From: Nitrosospira multiformis ATCC 25196 | Lineage (GTDB): Bacteria; Pseudomonadota; Gammaproteobacteria; Burkholderiales; Nitrosomonadaceae | DNA length: 32,000 nt | NCBI RefSeq assembly: GCF_000196355.1 | Contig: NC_007614.1 | Coordinates: 3,152,244 to 3,184,243 of the forward strand | Direction of reading: 5' to 3' | Part shown: positions 22,858 through 32,000 of the stretch, one piece after another | Numbering within the stretch: position 1 is the first letter of the stretch | How the letters are laid out: every line of letters begins with the position of its first letter | Position numbers and translations under genes: made by a program | Notes under the pieces: generated by a model | Database searches by the model: none | What the model saw: the letters and a program-made list of their open reading frames with translations, nothing else | What the model was told of the DNA's origin: nothing

Positions 22858-24752
22858 GCGCTTTTCTTCGTATTCGCGCTGGAAAAACCGCGCTTGACAT
22901 GGACCAGCAATAGCGAAATTGCGGCGGGCGTGATTCCGGAGATACGGGATGCCTGTCCTGCCGTTTCAGGCTTGAACTGATTAAGTTTCTGCTGAACTTC
23001 ATTCGAAAGACCGCGCACGGTTTTGTAATCCAGGTCCTGCGGCAGGCGAATGTCTTCATAATAAGCATTTCGCGCCACTTCATCTTTCTGGCGCTCGATG
23101 TATCCCTGATACTTCGCCTGGATTTCGACCTGCTCCGCCGCCGCAAGATCGACAACGGGTTCGCCTGCACCGGGCAGCGTCATGAGTTCGGCGTACGACA
23201 CATTGGGCCGGCGCAACAAGTCATGCAGAGAACACTCATGCTCGATGTTTTTCCCGATAACACGTAATGCATCGGTTTCGGAAAGACTCTTCGGGCTGAG
23301 CCACGTGGTCTTCAGCCGGTTTTGCTCTTGAGCGATAGCCTCTAGTTTGATATTGAACGCCACCCAGCGCGCGTCATTCACCACCCCTAGCCTGCGTCCG
23401 ACTTCGGTGAGGCGGAGATCGGCGTTATCCTCCCGCAATTGCAACCGGTATTCCGCACGGCTGGTGAACATGCGATAGGGTTCAGTAACACCTCGGGTAA
23501 TGAGATCGTCCACCAGGACGCCCAAATAGGCTTCATCCCGGCGCGGACACCACGGTTCCCTGTCCTGCGTTTTTAGCGCAGCGTTGATTCCCGCAAGCAA
23601 CCCCTGCGCCGCGGCCTCTTCATAACCCGTGGTGCCATTGATCTGTCCCGCGAAAAACAGGCCTTCGATCATCCTGGTTTCAAGCGAGCTTTTCAGGGCA
23701 CGCGGATCAAAATAATCATATTCGATCGCATAACCGGGTCGGGTGATATGGGCGTTCTCCAATCCTTTGATTGAGCGCACCAGTTTCACCTGCATATCGA
23801 AGGGGAGACTCGTGGAGATTCCGTTGGGATACACCTCGTGGGTCGTGAGACCCTCCGGTTCGAGAAAAATCTGATGCGATTCCTTGGCGGAAAAGCGCAC
23901 GACCTTGTCCTCGATAGAGGGACAATAACGAGGTCCGATACCCTCGATCGCACCGGAGAATAGAGGGGAGCGATCCAGGCCGCTGCGAATAATATCGTGC
24001 GTCTGACTGTTGGTATGCGTGATCCAGCAAGACACCTGCTTCGGGTGGGAAGCAGCATTGCCCATAAAGGAAAAAACGGGCACAGGCGCGTCGCCGGGTT
24101 GAGCGGCAACAGCGGAATAATCGATGGTACGGCCATCTATCCGCGGTGGGGTTCCTGTTTTCAACCGCCCGACAGGGAGCTTCAATTCGCGCAGGCGTCC
24201 CGCAAGACTATTGGATGGAAGGTCCCCCGCCCGCCCGGCTTGAAAATTTGCCGAGCCTACGTGAGCCAGGCCTGCCAGGAAGGTTCCAGCGGTAAGAATT
24301 ACAGCACGCGCGTTAAAGCGGATTCCAAGCTGTGTGACAACCCCGGCCACCCGCTCACCCTCAAGCACGAGATCGTCCACTCCTTGCTGAAACAACCAGA
24401 GATTCGGCTGACTTTCCAACCGCTGCCGGATCGCTTGGCGGTAGAGGACCCGATCAGCCTGGGCGCGTGTTGCGCGTACCGCAGGTCCTTTGCGCGAGTT
24501 GAGGATGCGAAACTGTATGCCCGCCTCATCCGCTGCCTCTGCCATCACGCCCCCAAGCGCATCGATTTCTTTGACCAGATGCCCTTTGCCGATCCCGCCT
24601 ATGGAAGGGTTGCACGACATCTGCCCCAGGGTTTCGATGTTGTGTGATAGCAATAGTGTCTTTTGCCCAATGCGAGCGGCAGCGAGCGCCGCTTCGGTAC
24701 CGGCGTGGCCACCACCTATAACTATTACATCGAATATTTCAGGAACAGTCAT
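22854..24752 (-). CDS. mnmG: tRNA uridine-5-carboxymethylaminomethyl modification enzyme MnmG (GidA)
   Basis: [61 protein letters not shown]. Start chosen at [11 protein letters not shown]; ORF track start 24797. Confidence 0.97.
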   Translation of the reverse strand: MTVPEIFDVIVIGGGHAGTEAALAAARIGQKTLLLSHNIETLGQMSCNPSIGGIGKGHLVKEIDALGGVMAEAADEAGIQFRILNSRKGPAVRATRAQADRVLYRQAIRQRLESQPNLWLFQQGVDDLVLEGERVAGVVTQLGIRFNARAVILTAGTFLAGLAHVGSANFQAGRAGDLPSNSLAGRLRELKLPVGRLKTGTPPRIDGRTIDYSAVAAQPGDAPVPVFSFMGNAASHPKQVSCWITHTNSQTHDIIRSGLDRSPLFSGAIEGIGPRYCPSIEDKVVRFSAKESHQIFLEPEGLTTHEVYPNGISTSLPFDMQVKLVRSIKGLENAHITRPGYAIEYDYFDPRALKSSLETRMIEGLFFAGQINGTTGYEEAAAQGLLAGINAALKTQDREPWCPRRDEAYLGVLVDDLITRGVTEPYRMFTSRAEYRLQLREDNADLRLTEVGRRLGVVNDARWVAFNIKLEAIAQEQNRLKTTWLSPKSLSETDALRVIGKNIEHECSLHDLLRRPNVSYAELMTLPGAGEPVVDLAAAEQVEIQAKYQGYIERQKDEVARNAYYEDIRLPQDLDYKTVRGLSNEVQQKLNQFKPETAGQASRISGITPAAISLLLVHVKRGFSSANTKKSA

Positions 24753-24863
24753 GGAAGCAATCGGGCAAAAATGAATTCGATTGAGAGTGGTGCCCATTTT
24801 ACGGCAAAACGTGGAGCCATGTAAGAATCATAAAGAGGTCTTGGGTGAAGAAACGCGATCTCT

Positions 24864-24879
24864 TGTTTCACGTGAAACA
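24864..24879. promoter_or_regulatory. parS centromere-like site (consensus)
   Basis: TGTTTCACGTGAAACA, perfect 16-bp palindrome identical to the parS consensus; ParA/ParB encoded in the same window. Confidence 0.92.
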
Positions 24880-24890
24880 GTTTTGTTTGT

Positions 24891-24906
24891 TGTTCCACGT
24901 GAAACA
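24891..24906. promoter_or_regulatory. parS-like site (1 mismatch)
   Basis: TGTTCCACGTGAAACA. Confidence 0.8.
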
Positions 24907-24918
24907 ACCACCAGGCGT

Positions 24919-25747
24919 AGGACCTATTAATTTTGGAATTCACGGAAGTGAGAGGATGTGATTCACTTATGGCAGGAGGAGTTGCCATGAGTGATCTTTT
25001 CATGCTTTCAGAGAAACAATTCAACCGCATAAAGCCTTATTTTCCCTTGTCCCATGGAGTGCCGCGTGTGGACGATCTGCGGGTGATCAGGGGAACCATC
25101 CATGTCATTCGGGATGGTCTGCAATGGAAGGACGCTCCCGAAGGCTACGGCCCACACAAGACGCTCTATAATCGCTTCATGCGCTGGAGCAAGATGGGCA
25201 TATTCAACCGTATTTTTGCGGAACTGGCCGGCAAAGAGGAAATGCCGGACCGGCTGATGATTGACGCCACGCATCTCAAGGCGCACCGTACGGCAGCCAG
25301 CCTTTTAAAAAAGGGGATGTTCCCCGCCGTATCGGTCGCACAAAGGGCGGCTTGAATTCAAAGCTCCATGCCGTGTGCGATGGTAGGGGCAAGCCTGTTG
25401 CCCTGCTGCTCTCCGAAGGTCAGATGAGCGATTACAAGGGTGCTGCCCTGTTGTTGCCTGCCCTGCCCAAGGCAAAAGAGTTGCGGGGGGATCGCGGCTA
25501 TGATGCTGACTGGTTCAGGGCAGCCCTCAGACAAAAGGGTATTACGGCCTGCATTTCCCCAAAGAAGAACCGTAAAACCCGGCTCAAATACGACAGGGAA
25601 CTCTACAAGCGACGCCACAGGTGGAAAACATCACAGGCTCAAGGATTGGCGGCGCATTGCCATGCGTTATGACCGCTGCGCCCACACCTTCTTCTCCGCC
25701 ATCTGTATCGCAGCTACCGTCATCTTCTATCTCAATTAATGAGTCCT
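24919..25747 (+). mobile_element. IS5-family (IS427/IS1031-like) insertion sequence, degenerate copy
   Basis: Encodes an IS5-type transposase in pieces. Candidate imperfect terminal inverted repeats AGGACCTATTAATT (24919-24932) and AATTAATGAGTCCT (25734-25747), 12/14. The span of about 829 bp fits this group. Confidence 0.7.
24987..25739 (+). pseudogene. IS5-family transposase (orfA + orfB via -1 frameshift; C-terminus frameshifted)
   Basis: MSDLFMLSEKQFNRIKPYFPLSHGVPRVDDLRVIRGTIHVIRDGLQWKDAPEGYGPHKTLYNRFMRWS...MIDATHLKAHRTA; second frame LNSKLHAVCDGRGKPVALLLSEGQMSDYKGAA...RGDRGYDADWFR; third segment LKDWRRIAMRYDRCAHTFFSAICIAATVIFYLN returns to frame A. Confidence 0.85.
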
Positions 25748-25756
25748 GAGCCTAAC

Positions 25757-25941
25757 AGGAAATCCACAGGGGAAGTCGACAGGCGAGGGAATTACCCACC
25801 AATGACCAAGTACCGAAATGATTGGGGGAAGAGGCTAGAAGATCCTGCCGCTAATTGAGCATCGTCAGTCGCCGAGTGTCGGAATCGGCGTGCAGCATGA
25901 TGCGCGACTGTCATCAATCCACCCGCCGCTTTAACCAGCAG
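25757..25941. repeat. Long dispersed/direct repeat, copy 1
   Basis: Near-identical to 26104-26289: ...GAGGCTAGAAGATCCTGCCGCTAATTGAGCATCGTCAGTCGCCGAGTGTCGGAATCGGCGTGCAGCATGATGCGCGACTGTCATCAATCCACCCGCCGCTTTAACCAGCAG. Confidence 0.9.
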
Positions 25942-26079
25942 CCAGGAATTGCTGAAGCCTGTCCGGCAACGCCGATCCAGGACGGCTGCAAATACAATAC
26001 CAGGAGCTGATTGCCATAGAACACATATAGCGTGGATAAGAATCATGGAGAGGTCTTGTGGTGAAGAAACCGGTTTCTT

Positions 26080-26095
26080 TGTTTCACGTGAAACA
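26080..26095. promoter_or_regulatory. parS centromere-like site (consensus)
   Basis: TGTTTCACGTGAAACA, identical to the site at 24864-24879. Confidence 0.9.
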
Positions 26096-26103
26096 ACAGC
26101 TAA

Positions 26104-26289
26104 TGGGAAATGCGCAGGGAGAAGTCAAAAGGCGAGGGAATTACCCCTAATAACCAAGTACCGAAACGATTGAGGAAGAGGCTAGAAGATCCTGCCGCTA
26201 ATTGAGCATCGTCAGTCGCCGAGTGTCCGAATCGGCGTGCAGCATGATGCGCGACTGTCATCAATCCACCCGCCGCTTTAACCAGCAGC
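26104..26289. repeat. Long dispersed/direct repeat, copy 2
   Basis: Near-identical to 25757-25941; similarity resumes after an indel (CGATCCAG...GCAAATACAATACC). Confidence 0.9.
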
Positions 26290-27655
26290 GTCCGATCCAG
26301 TAAGGGTGCAAATACAATACCGCCAGTTGCCCGCTCGAAACCCATACAGGGGGGGGTAGAAACGTTAATGGCCTTGGTAGATTGCCTTACCCCGCCTTAA
26401 AATTGAACATATTTCGATCTGCACTAGCCACTCAAGCTTCTTGTTCAATTGCTGTGGCCTCTCCAGCCTCTCCATTGAGATGGAATTCCAGCCTATACCC
26501 ATGCCTTAACTCATCCAAAATAATCGATTACAGAGCTCCTACGCTTGCCGCTTTTTTGTGCAACTGATGAATATTTCCTTTAATCCGAGCGGATGGAGGT
26601 AATTATGGAGCACCTCGCTCTCCCGGAGAGTCAGGTTATGCTTCCGGACAGTTCGAAGCTGTACTCACCATCGCTTATCGCTATCGAAGCGATGCATTAG
26701 ACGGAATCTATCGACCAAACAAATCCTGGGGCTTCCATGCATCTAATCTCTGATGCGTTGAAGGCCAGGACGAACTCGACAGAGCTTGTGAACCAAGCAG
26801 TGAAACACTCACGAGTGAGCTTCTGCATTGCCAGGATACTCATCCACGGGTGCTCCCGTTTCTCCCTGGGGGTAGCCTAACCCGCCACCTATGATCGAAA
26901 TTGTTCAACAACGGGATGCGACGAATTGCACGTTCGGATCTTCACGACCTAGGTACAAGAGAGGCGGCCTCTATTTGCGCCCTATTCACATACACCCATT
27001 GCTACCCATTACTGCTCACCACGTTGCCGCCAAATCGTCGCTCCCCACCGCTTCAACGGCAGAAACTCAATTATTTCTGCGTTAACTTCTACCATCCGGG
27101 CAACCTTCCCCCGAAATTGGTCTGAAAAAACAGATTCCAGAGGTTTATGTGCCTCCCCCGGTCCCTTTCCGGTCGTCCGGAATATTCCGATCGTCGTAAG
27201 GGGGCAAGTACCAAATGGATTTGAGAGTTCGATGAGTTAACAACCGGCTTGCATGCTTACCCACACACCAACTCACCTCCAAACCCTACCATGCTGATAC
27301 CCCTGGCAGTGACACCCTTCGGAGCATCTCGCAGTAAATCTGCTTCTCACGTTTACATCGCGATAATCCCTCCTCGCCTTGGAGTACCGGCAACTTGAGC
27401 GAAAATTTGCTCCTGTTGGCCTTCTCCTATTTTTTTAAGACTTGTTCCCAAGAAGGTGGAAGCCTGTACTTTTAAGAAATATGTACTACCATGAAATTAA
27501 TCCACGCTACGGAGCGCTCCACTTCTGGCTTCGATAAAAAAGCCGCATATATAGGCCGTGCTTGAACTGGGGCTATCCGCTGCACAGGATGGATTGCAAT
27601 CTACACAGCTAATCAAGTTCGATAACGCAGAAAATCTGATGAGAAGGAGGCGAAG

Positions 27656-27946
27656 ATGAATCTACACTCGAGTGGCAGGGCAAACTGGTTGTTCAGCGGA
27701 CTCGCGCTCGGCGCGCTCACCATGTTTCTCCTTGATCCCGCTAAAGGAAGACGGCGCCGTGCGTTGGCAAGAGACAAGATACACAGCGCTGGCATTAAAA
27801 CTCGTAAGCGCATCGATGCAAAGTCACGCGACTTGGCCAACCGGGCGAAAGGACTGCGCGCCGAGGCACGCCATATGATGTCCAGCGGCAATAACCGGGA
27901 TAACCGGGGCGAGAACAAGTCAAGCGAGAGCCAGCCTGAAACTTGA
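27656..27946 (+). CDS. Small basic hypothetical membrane-anchored protein (YtxH-like in layout)
   Basis: MNLHSSGRANWLFSGLALGALTMFLLDPAKGRRRRALARDKIHSAG..., single TM, preceded by GAAGGAGG RBS. Confidence 0.6.
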   Translation: MNLHSSGRANWLFSGLALGALTMFLLDPAKGRRRRALARDKIHSAGIKTRKRIDAKSRDLANRAKGLRAEARHMMSSGNNRDNRGENKSSESQPET

Positions 27947-27979
27947 GCGGAAGGATCTGCCCGGAAACGAGAGGTTCTG

Positions 27980-29338
27980 CTACTTTCCTATGCAGAAGCG
28001 GGAAAAAATTTCGCCCAGCAGGTCGTCGGCGCTGAATTCACCGGTAATCGAAGATAAAGCCAGTTGGGCAAGGCGCAGTTCCTCAGCAAAAAGCTCGACC
28101 TGATCCAGGCTGTTTGCCAGCGCACAAGCAGCCTCAAGATGGGTTCGGGCAGCTGTCAATGCAGAAAGATGACGCTGGCGCGCCATGAAGGCTCCTTCTC
28201 CTGTTGATGGCTGCCATCCTATCATTTCCAGCAATCCTTGCTGGAGGGATCCGATGCCCGCCCCCGTTTTAGCGGAAACCCAGATATCTGCAGTAGCTGT
28301 AGCGGTGGAGACAGTGGAATTCGGGGGAGATTCGAGCAGGTCGGTTTTGTTATGGACGACAATGAGCCGCAAACCCGGGGGAAGCGACGCGAGTATGGCC
28401 TGATCTTCTGGCGTTATTCCCACTCGGCTATCCACAAGCAGCAGGACGATACTTGCTTTATCGATCGTGGAGCGTGTCCGCGCCATACCCATTTTTTCGA
28501 TCGCATCTTCCGTCTCCCTCAAGCCGGCGGTATCCAGCAGATGCATGGGCACACCTTCAATCTCTATGACCTGCCGGATAACGTCCCGTGTCGTGCCCGG
28601 GACCTCCGTAACGAGAGCCACTTCTTCTCCGGCGAGTCGATTCAGGAGGCTCGATTTTCCCACATTCGGCTGTCCGACCAAAGCAATCCATATTCCTTCT
28701 CGCAGCAGGCTACCTTGCCGCGCCGCGCTGAAAACCTGTTCAAGCTGTTGCCGGATGTGCTCCAATCTGAATTCCAGTTCCCTTCCAGAAATGAACTCAA
28801 TTTCTTCTTCTGAAAAATCAAGTGAAGCCTCGACAAGCATTCGCAGGTCAGTAAGTGCTTGCACTGAAGTATGAATAGCGTTGGAAAATTCGCCTTGAAG
28901 GGAACGGATGGCGCAGCGGGCGGCTTCCTCGGTACTGGCGTCAATAAGGTCTGCCACGCTTTCAGCCTGCGCCAGATCAAGCTTGTTATTCAGGAATGCA
29001 CGCAAGGTAAACTCCCCGGGTTGCGCCAGTCGCGCACCAGCGGAAAGGCAACTTGCCAGCAACAGGTTCATGACTGCAGGGCCGCCGTGTCCTTGCAGTT
29101 CCAGAACCTCTTCTCCGGTATAGGACTGGGGAGCGGGAAAGTAGAGGGCTATGCCCTGATCGATAACGCGATCATTTTCGTCGCGAAATCGGGTGAGGCT
29201 GGCGCGCCGGGGTTCCGGCACGCAGCCTGCGACCTTGAGAGCAAGCGATTGCAGGTTTCTGCCGGAAACACGCACCACCCCGATACCTCCCCGACCCGGA
29301 GGCGTTGCAATCGCGGCAATCACATCAGAACGGGTCAT
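27980..29338 (-). CDS. mnmE: tRNA modification GTPase MnmE (TrmE)
   Basis: DVIAAIATPPGRGGIGVVRVSG..., GTPase motif ALVGQPNVGKSSLLNRLAG, DTAGLRETED, C-terminal FCIGK. ORF track start 29356 (TTG); the ATG at 29338 (MTRSDV) is the likelier start. Confidence 0.96.
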   Translation of the reverse strand: MTRSDVIAAIATPPGRGGIGVVRVSGRNLQSLALKVAGCVPEPRRASLTRFRDENDRVIDQGIALYFPAPQSYTGEEVLELQGHGGPAVMNLLLASCLSAGARLAQPGEFTLRAFLNNKLDLAQAESVADLIDASTEEAARCAIRSLQGEFSNAIHTSVQALTDLRMLVEASLDFSEEEIEFISGRELEFRLEHIRQQLEQVFSAARQGSLLREGIWIALVGQPNVGKSSLLNRLAGEEVALVTEVPGTTRDVIRQVIEIEGVPMHLLDTAGLRETEDAIEKMGMARTRSTIDKASIVLLLVDSRVGITPEDQAILASLPPGLRLIVVHNKTDLLESPPNSTVSTATATADIWVSAKTGAGIGSLQQGLLEMIGWQPSTGEGAFMARQRHLSALTAARTHLEAACALANSLDQVELFAEELRLAQLALSSITGEFSADDLLGEIFSRFCIGK

Positions 29339-29412
29339 CCTGAGTTCGAATGCCAACCTCGCTTATGAAGACGGGAAGAGAGGGGAGTCGGGTCCGGCAA
29401 TTCCCCTGATCA

Positions 29413-31122
29413 CTAATTTGCTTTCTTCTGCTTGCTCGTATTTGCGGCCGAACCTTCGATCATGCGCGTGATCTGCCACTGCTGCGCGATGGAAAGCACG
29501 TTGTTTACCAGGGAATACAGCACCAGGCCTGCGGGGAAGAAGAAAAAGAAAACGCTGAATGCCAAAGGCATGATCTGCATAACTCTCGCCTGGATGGGAT
29601 CGGTCGCCGGGGGGCTGAGCCGCTGTTGCAGGAACATGGAAATACCCATGATTACCGGCAGCACATAATAGGGATCGGGTGCGGAAAGATCCTCTATCCA
29701 CAACGCAAAAGACGCGTAGCGCAATTCCACGCTCGAGAGCAGTACCCAGTACAGCGAAATGAATACCGGAATCTGCACCAGGATGGGCAAACAGCCTCCC
29801 ATCGGGTTGATTTTTTCCGTTTTATAAAAATCCATCATGGCCTGGTGCATGCGCTGCCGGTCATTCCCGTGTTGCTCCCGCAAACGCTGGAGCTTGGGCG
29901 TCACTAAACGCAACTTCGCCATCGAGCGGTAACCTGCCGCAGACAGGGGAAAGAATGCAAGCTTGACCGACATGGTGAGGAGGATGATTGCCACTCCCCA
30001 ATTTCCAGTCCAGGAGTGAAACAACGACAACAGCCAGAACAATGGCGCGCCGATCACCGTCAACCAGCCGTAATCGACAACGAGATCGAGACCCGGCGCG
30101 ATCGACGCAAGCTTGCTTTGCTCTTCCGGTCCCGCATAGAGCGGGACCGTGACAGTGGCGCTACTGCCGGGTTCTATCTGGCCTACCGGTACGATTACAC
30201 CGGCGGTATATTCGTTTTCTCCAAGACGTTTCGCGTAATATTCACGCGGCAGCTTGTCCTTGGGTAGCCAGGCGGCGAGGAAGTACTGCTGCAGCATGGC
30301 AATCCAGCCGTTGTCCGCATTCTTGGGATAGCTGGCATTGCCCTTGTCCAGCGCGGAAAACTCGATCTTCCTGAATTTTTCCTCTTCAGTATAAAGCGCC
30401 GCCCCGGTATAGGTTGGGACCATGAAGAACGAACCCACGGGAGGCCGGCTGTCGCGCAGCATCTGGAAGTAGGAAAACGGCTGGATGGCGGCGTTCCGTT
30501 GATTGGCGACCTCGAAACTCACATCGATGAGATAGCTCCCCCGATGAAACGTGTATATTTTAGTCACTTGTACGCCGTCGACCTCCGGCGCGCTCAACCG
30601 TATCTGGATTTTATCCTGCCCGGCTGCCAGCTCGTATGCACCCGGCTCCGCCGTAAAACGCGTCTTGTGGGTCGGTAAACCTTCACCGATCAATCCGGAT
30701 TGCGCTATGTAGACGCGTTCGGGATCGCTTTCCAGTAATGCGAAAGGCTTGTTTTTATCCTCCTTGGAAGGCTGATGCAGCAACTCGAGGCGGCGAATAT
30801 CGCCCCCTGCGGTGTCGATTTCCGCCAGCACCATGTCGGTCTTGATCGTGATTTTATCCCCGGATTCCAGCTTGCCCGCCGCCCTGACAGGAGCACCGTT
30901 TTCCGCGGTCGAGCCTCTTTGCGGAACTGATGAAGCAAGCTGATCTCCTGGCACCGGAGTCTCGGCGGTACCTGCAGTACCTGTATTGGCCTGCGTTTCT
31001 GTGCCCTGCACGGCCGTTTTCGGCCCCTGGGTTGCAGGATATTGTTCTTTCTGCCACGCATCCCACAGGAATAACAGCGATGTGGCAAAAATCAGGAAGA
31101 GTACGAATCTTTGTGTATCCAT
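29413..31122 (-). CDS. yidC: Membrane protein insertase YidC
   Basis: MDTQRFVLFLIFATSLLFLWDAWQ..., GNWGVAIILLTMSVKLAFFPLSAAGYRSMAKLRLVTPKLQRLREQHGNDRQRM..., FPAGLVLYSLVNNVLSIAQQW. Confidence 0.97.
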   Translation of the reverse strand: MDTQRFVLFLIFATSLLFLWDAWQKEQYPATQGPKTAVQGTETQANTGTAGTAETPVPGDQLASSVPQRGSTAENGAPVRAAGKLESGDKITIKTDMVLAEIDTAGGDIRRLELLHQPSKEDKNKPFALLESDPERVYIAQSGLIGEGLPTHKTRFTAEPGAYELAAGQDKIQIRLSAPEVDGVQVTKIYTFHRGSYLIDVSFEVANQRNAAIQPFSYFQMLRDSRPPVGSFFMVPTYTGAALYTEEEKFRKIEFSALDKGNASYPKNADNGWIAMLQQYFLAAWLPKDKLPREYYAKRLGENEYTAGVIVPVGQIEPGSSATVTVPLYAGPEEQSKLASIAPGLDLVVDYGWLTVIGAPLFWLLSLFHSWTGNWGVAIILLTMSVKLAFFPLSAAGYRSMAKLRLVTPKLQRLREQHGNDRQRMHQAMMDFYKTEKINPMGGCLPILVQIPVFISLYWVLLSSVELRYASFALWIEDLSAPDPYYVLPVIMGISMFLQQRLSPPATDPIQARVMQIMPLAFSVFFFFFPAGLVLYSLVNNVLSIAQQWQITRMIEGSAANTSKQKKAN

Positions 31123-31173
31123 CTTGCTCTGCGAGTTATTTTTTTACGACAGATAAAAACCGTCCAGAAACAT

Positions 31174-31398
31174 TCAACGGAAGGGTTCCGCAGGAACGGG
31201 GTCATATCCTCCCCGGCTCCAGGGATTGCATCGCATTATCCTCCAGACGCTCAGAACGAGTCCTCGCGTCGCCCCATGCCGGGCAAGCGCTTCACAGGCG
31301 TAATGCGAACAAGACGGACTGAACCGGCATGAGGGTCCAAGGAAAGGACTCAGGCAGTATTGATAGAGCCTGATAAACGCAATAATCATTCGCGACAT
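31174..31398 (-). CDS. yidD: Membrane protein insertion efficiency factor YidD
   Basis: [72 protein letters not shown] track start 31470 overlaps rnpA heavily. Confidence 0.95.
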   Translation of the reverse strand: MSRMIIAFIRLYQYCLSPFLGPSCRFSPSCSHYACEALARHGATRGLVLSVWRIMRCNPWSRGGYDPVPAEPFR

Positions 31399-31733
31399 TG
31401 CTGCAATCGAATCATGAGACGCCGTGCTTCGTCCGCCAACTGCACCGGACTGCGATCGCTGGCACGGCAACGCAGACGCATCACCAGATCAAGGCCCGCC
31501 ATATCCTCCTGGCGGGCACGAAACACTTCCCGCAGCACCCGTTTCACCCGGTTCCGGTTTACGGCAAGTCGTTCGATTTTACCTGCCACTATCAATCCCA
31601 ACCTGGAATGTAATAAACCGTTGGGCTTAGCGAAAACCTGAAGCAATTCACCGCCTATGGAACACCTGAACCGGATGACCGAGGAAAATTCTTCTGCCTT
31701 ATGCAGGCGATGAGTTTTAGGAAAACGAATAAT
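31386..31733 (-). CDS. rnpA: Ribonuclease P protein component
   Basis: [72 protein letters not shown] (RNRVKR motif). Frame extends upstream of the ORF-track start (TTG 31646); start at 31733 assumed at ATT. Confidence 0.88.
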   Translation of the reverse strand: MIRFPKTHRLHKAEEFSSVIRFRCSIGGELLQVFAKPNGLLHSRLGLIVAGKIERLAVNRNRVKRVLREVFRARQEDMAGLDLVMRLRCRASDRSPVQLADEARRLMIRLQQCRE

Positions 31734-31754
31734 AGGGTCCCCGGGTTGCGTACG

Positions 31755-31892
31755 TTACTGCACTCCGAGGCGAACTCGTCCTTTGGCGCGCCGAGCCCGG
31801 ATTACCGCCGCTCCACCCGCGGTTTTCATGCGGACCCTGAAACCGTGGGTCCGCTTTCTGCGCGTCACGGATGGTTGGTAAGTGCGTTTCAT
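31755..31892 (-). CDS. rpmH: 50S ribosomal protein L34
   Basis: Manual translation: [45 protein letters not shown]. Below the ORF-track length cutoff. Confidence 0.97.
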   Translation of the reverse strand: MKRTYQPSVTRRKRTHGFRVRMKTAGGAAVIRARRAKGRVRLGVQ

Positions 31893-31982
31893 TATTTCCC
31901 CTGTGCCTGATAATGATAAATAAAAACTCGACATTACAACTCTTTACGGCGACCTGTGTCAACCGATATTTTTTGCTCTCCC

Positions 31983-31991
31983 TGTGGATAA
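31983..31991 (-). promoter_or_regulatory. DnaA box (consensus TTATCCACA on minus strand)
   Basis: TGTGGATAA on the plus strand, upstream of rpmH, where dnaA/oriC commonly lies. Confidence 0.6.
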
Positions 31992-32000
31992 GCTGTGAAG

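Noticed and set aside
24864-24906. Repeats near mnmG as a possible CRISPR-like array
   Set aside because: The repeats are 16-bp palindromes matching parS; there is no regular spacer pattern or cas gene.
28238-28813. 191-aa plus-strand ORF
   Set aside because: Antisense to the mnmE GTPase domain.

Overview
This 32 kb window comes from an ammonia-oxidising betaproteobacterium, probably Nitrosospira-like (inferred from the Amo proteins and gene content). It looks replication-origin-proximal. Most genes are on the minus strand. The right end carries rpmH-rnpA-yidD-yidC-mnmE, an ORF-poor block with an IS5-like element and consensus parS sites, then mnmG-rsmG-parA-parB. A full ammonia monooxygenase/copper cluster follows: amoC-amoA-amoB-terminator-amoE(orf4)-amoD(orf5)-copC-copD fusion-His-rich protein. 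The left end carries a UMF1-type MFS transporter, a degraded tRNA-Thr(CGT)-associated island, then aroQ, accB, accC, prmA, a zinc-ribbon protein and a partial ABC ATPase (mlaF-like). I found no convincing complete new defence or biosynthetic system. The best leads are: (1) a tRNA-Thr 3'-end duplication with two integrase remnants; (2) a duplicated parS-containing segment, one copy split by an IS5-like element; (3) an origin-proximal amo operon ending in a CopD-cytochrome c-redoxin fusion; (4) rnpA without an in-frame ATG/GTG/TTG at its expected start.
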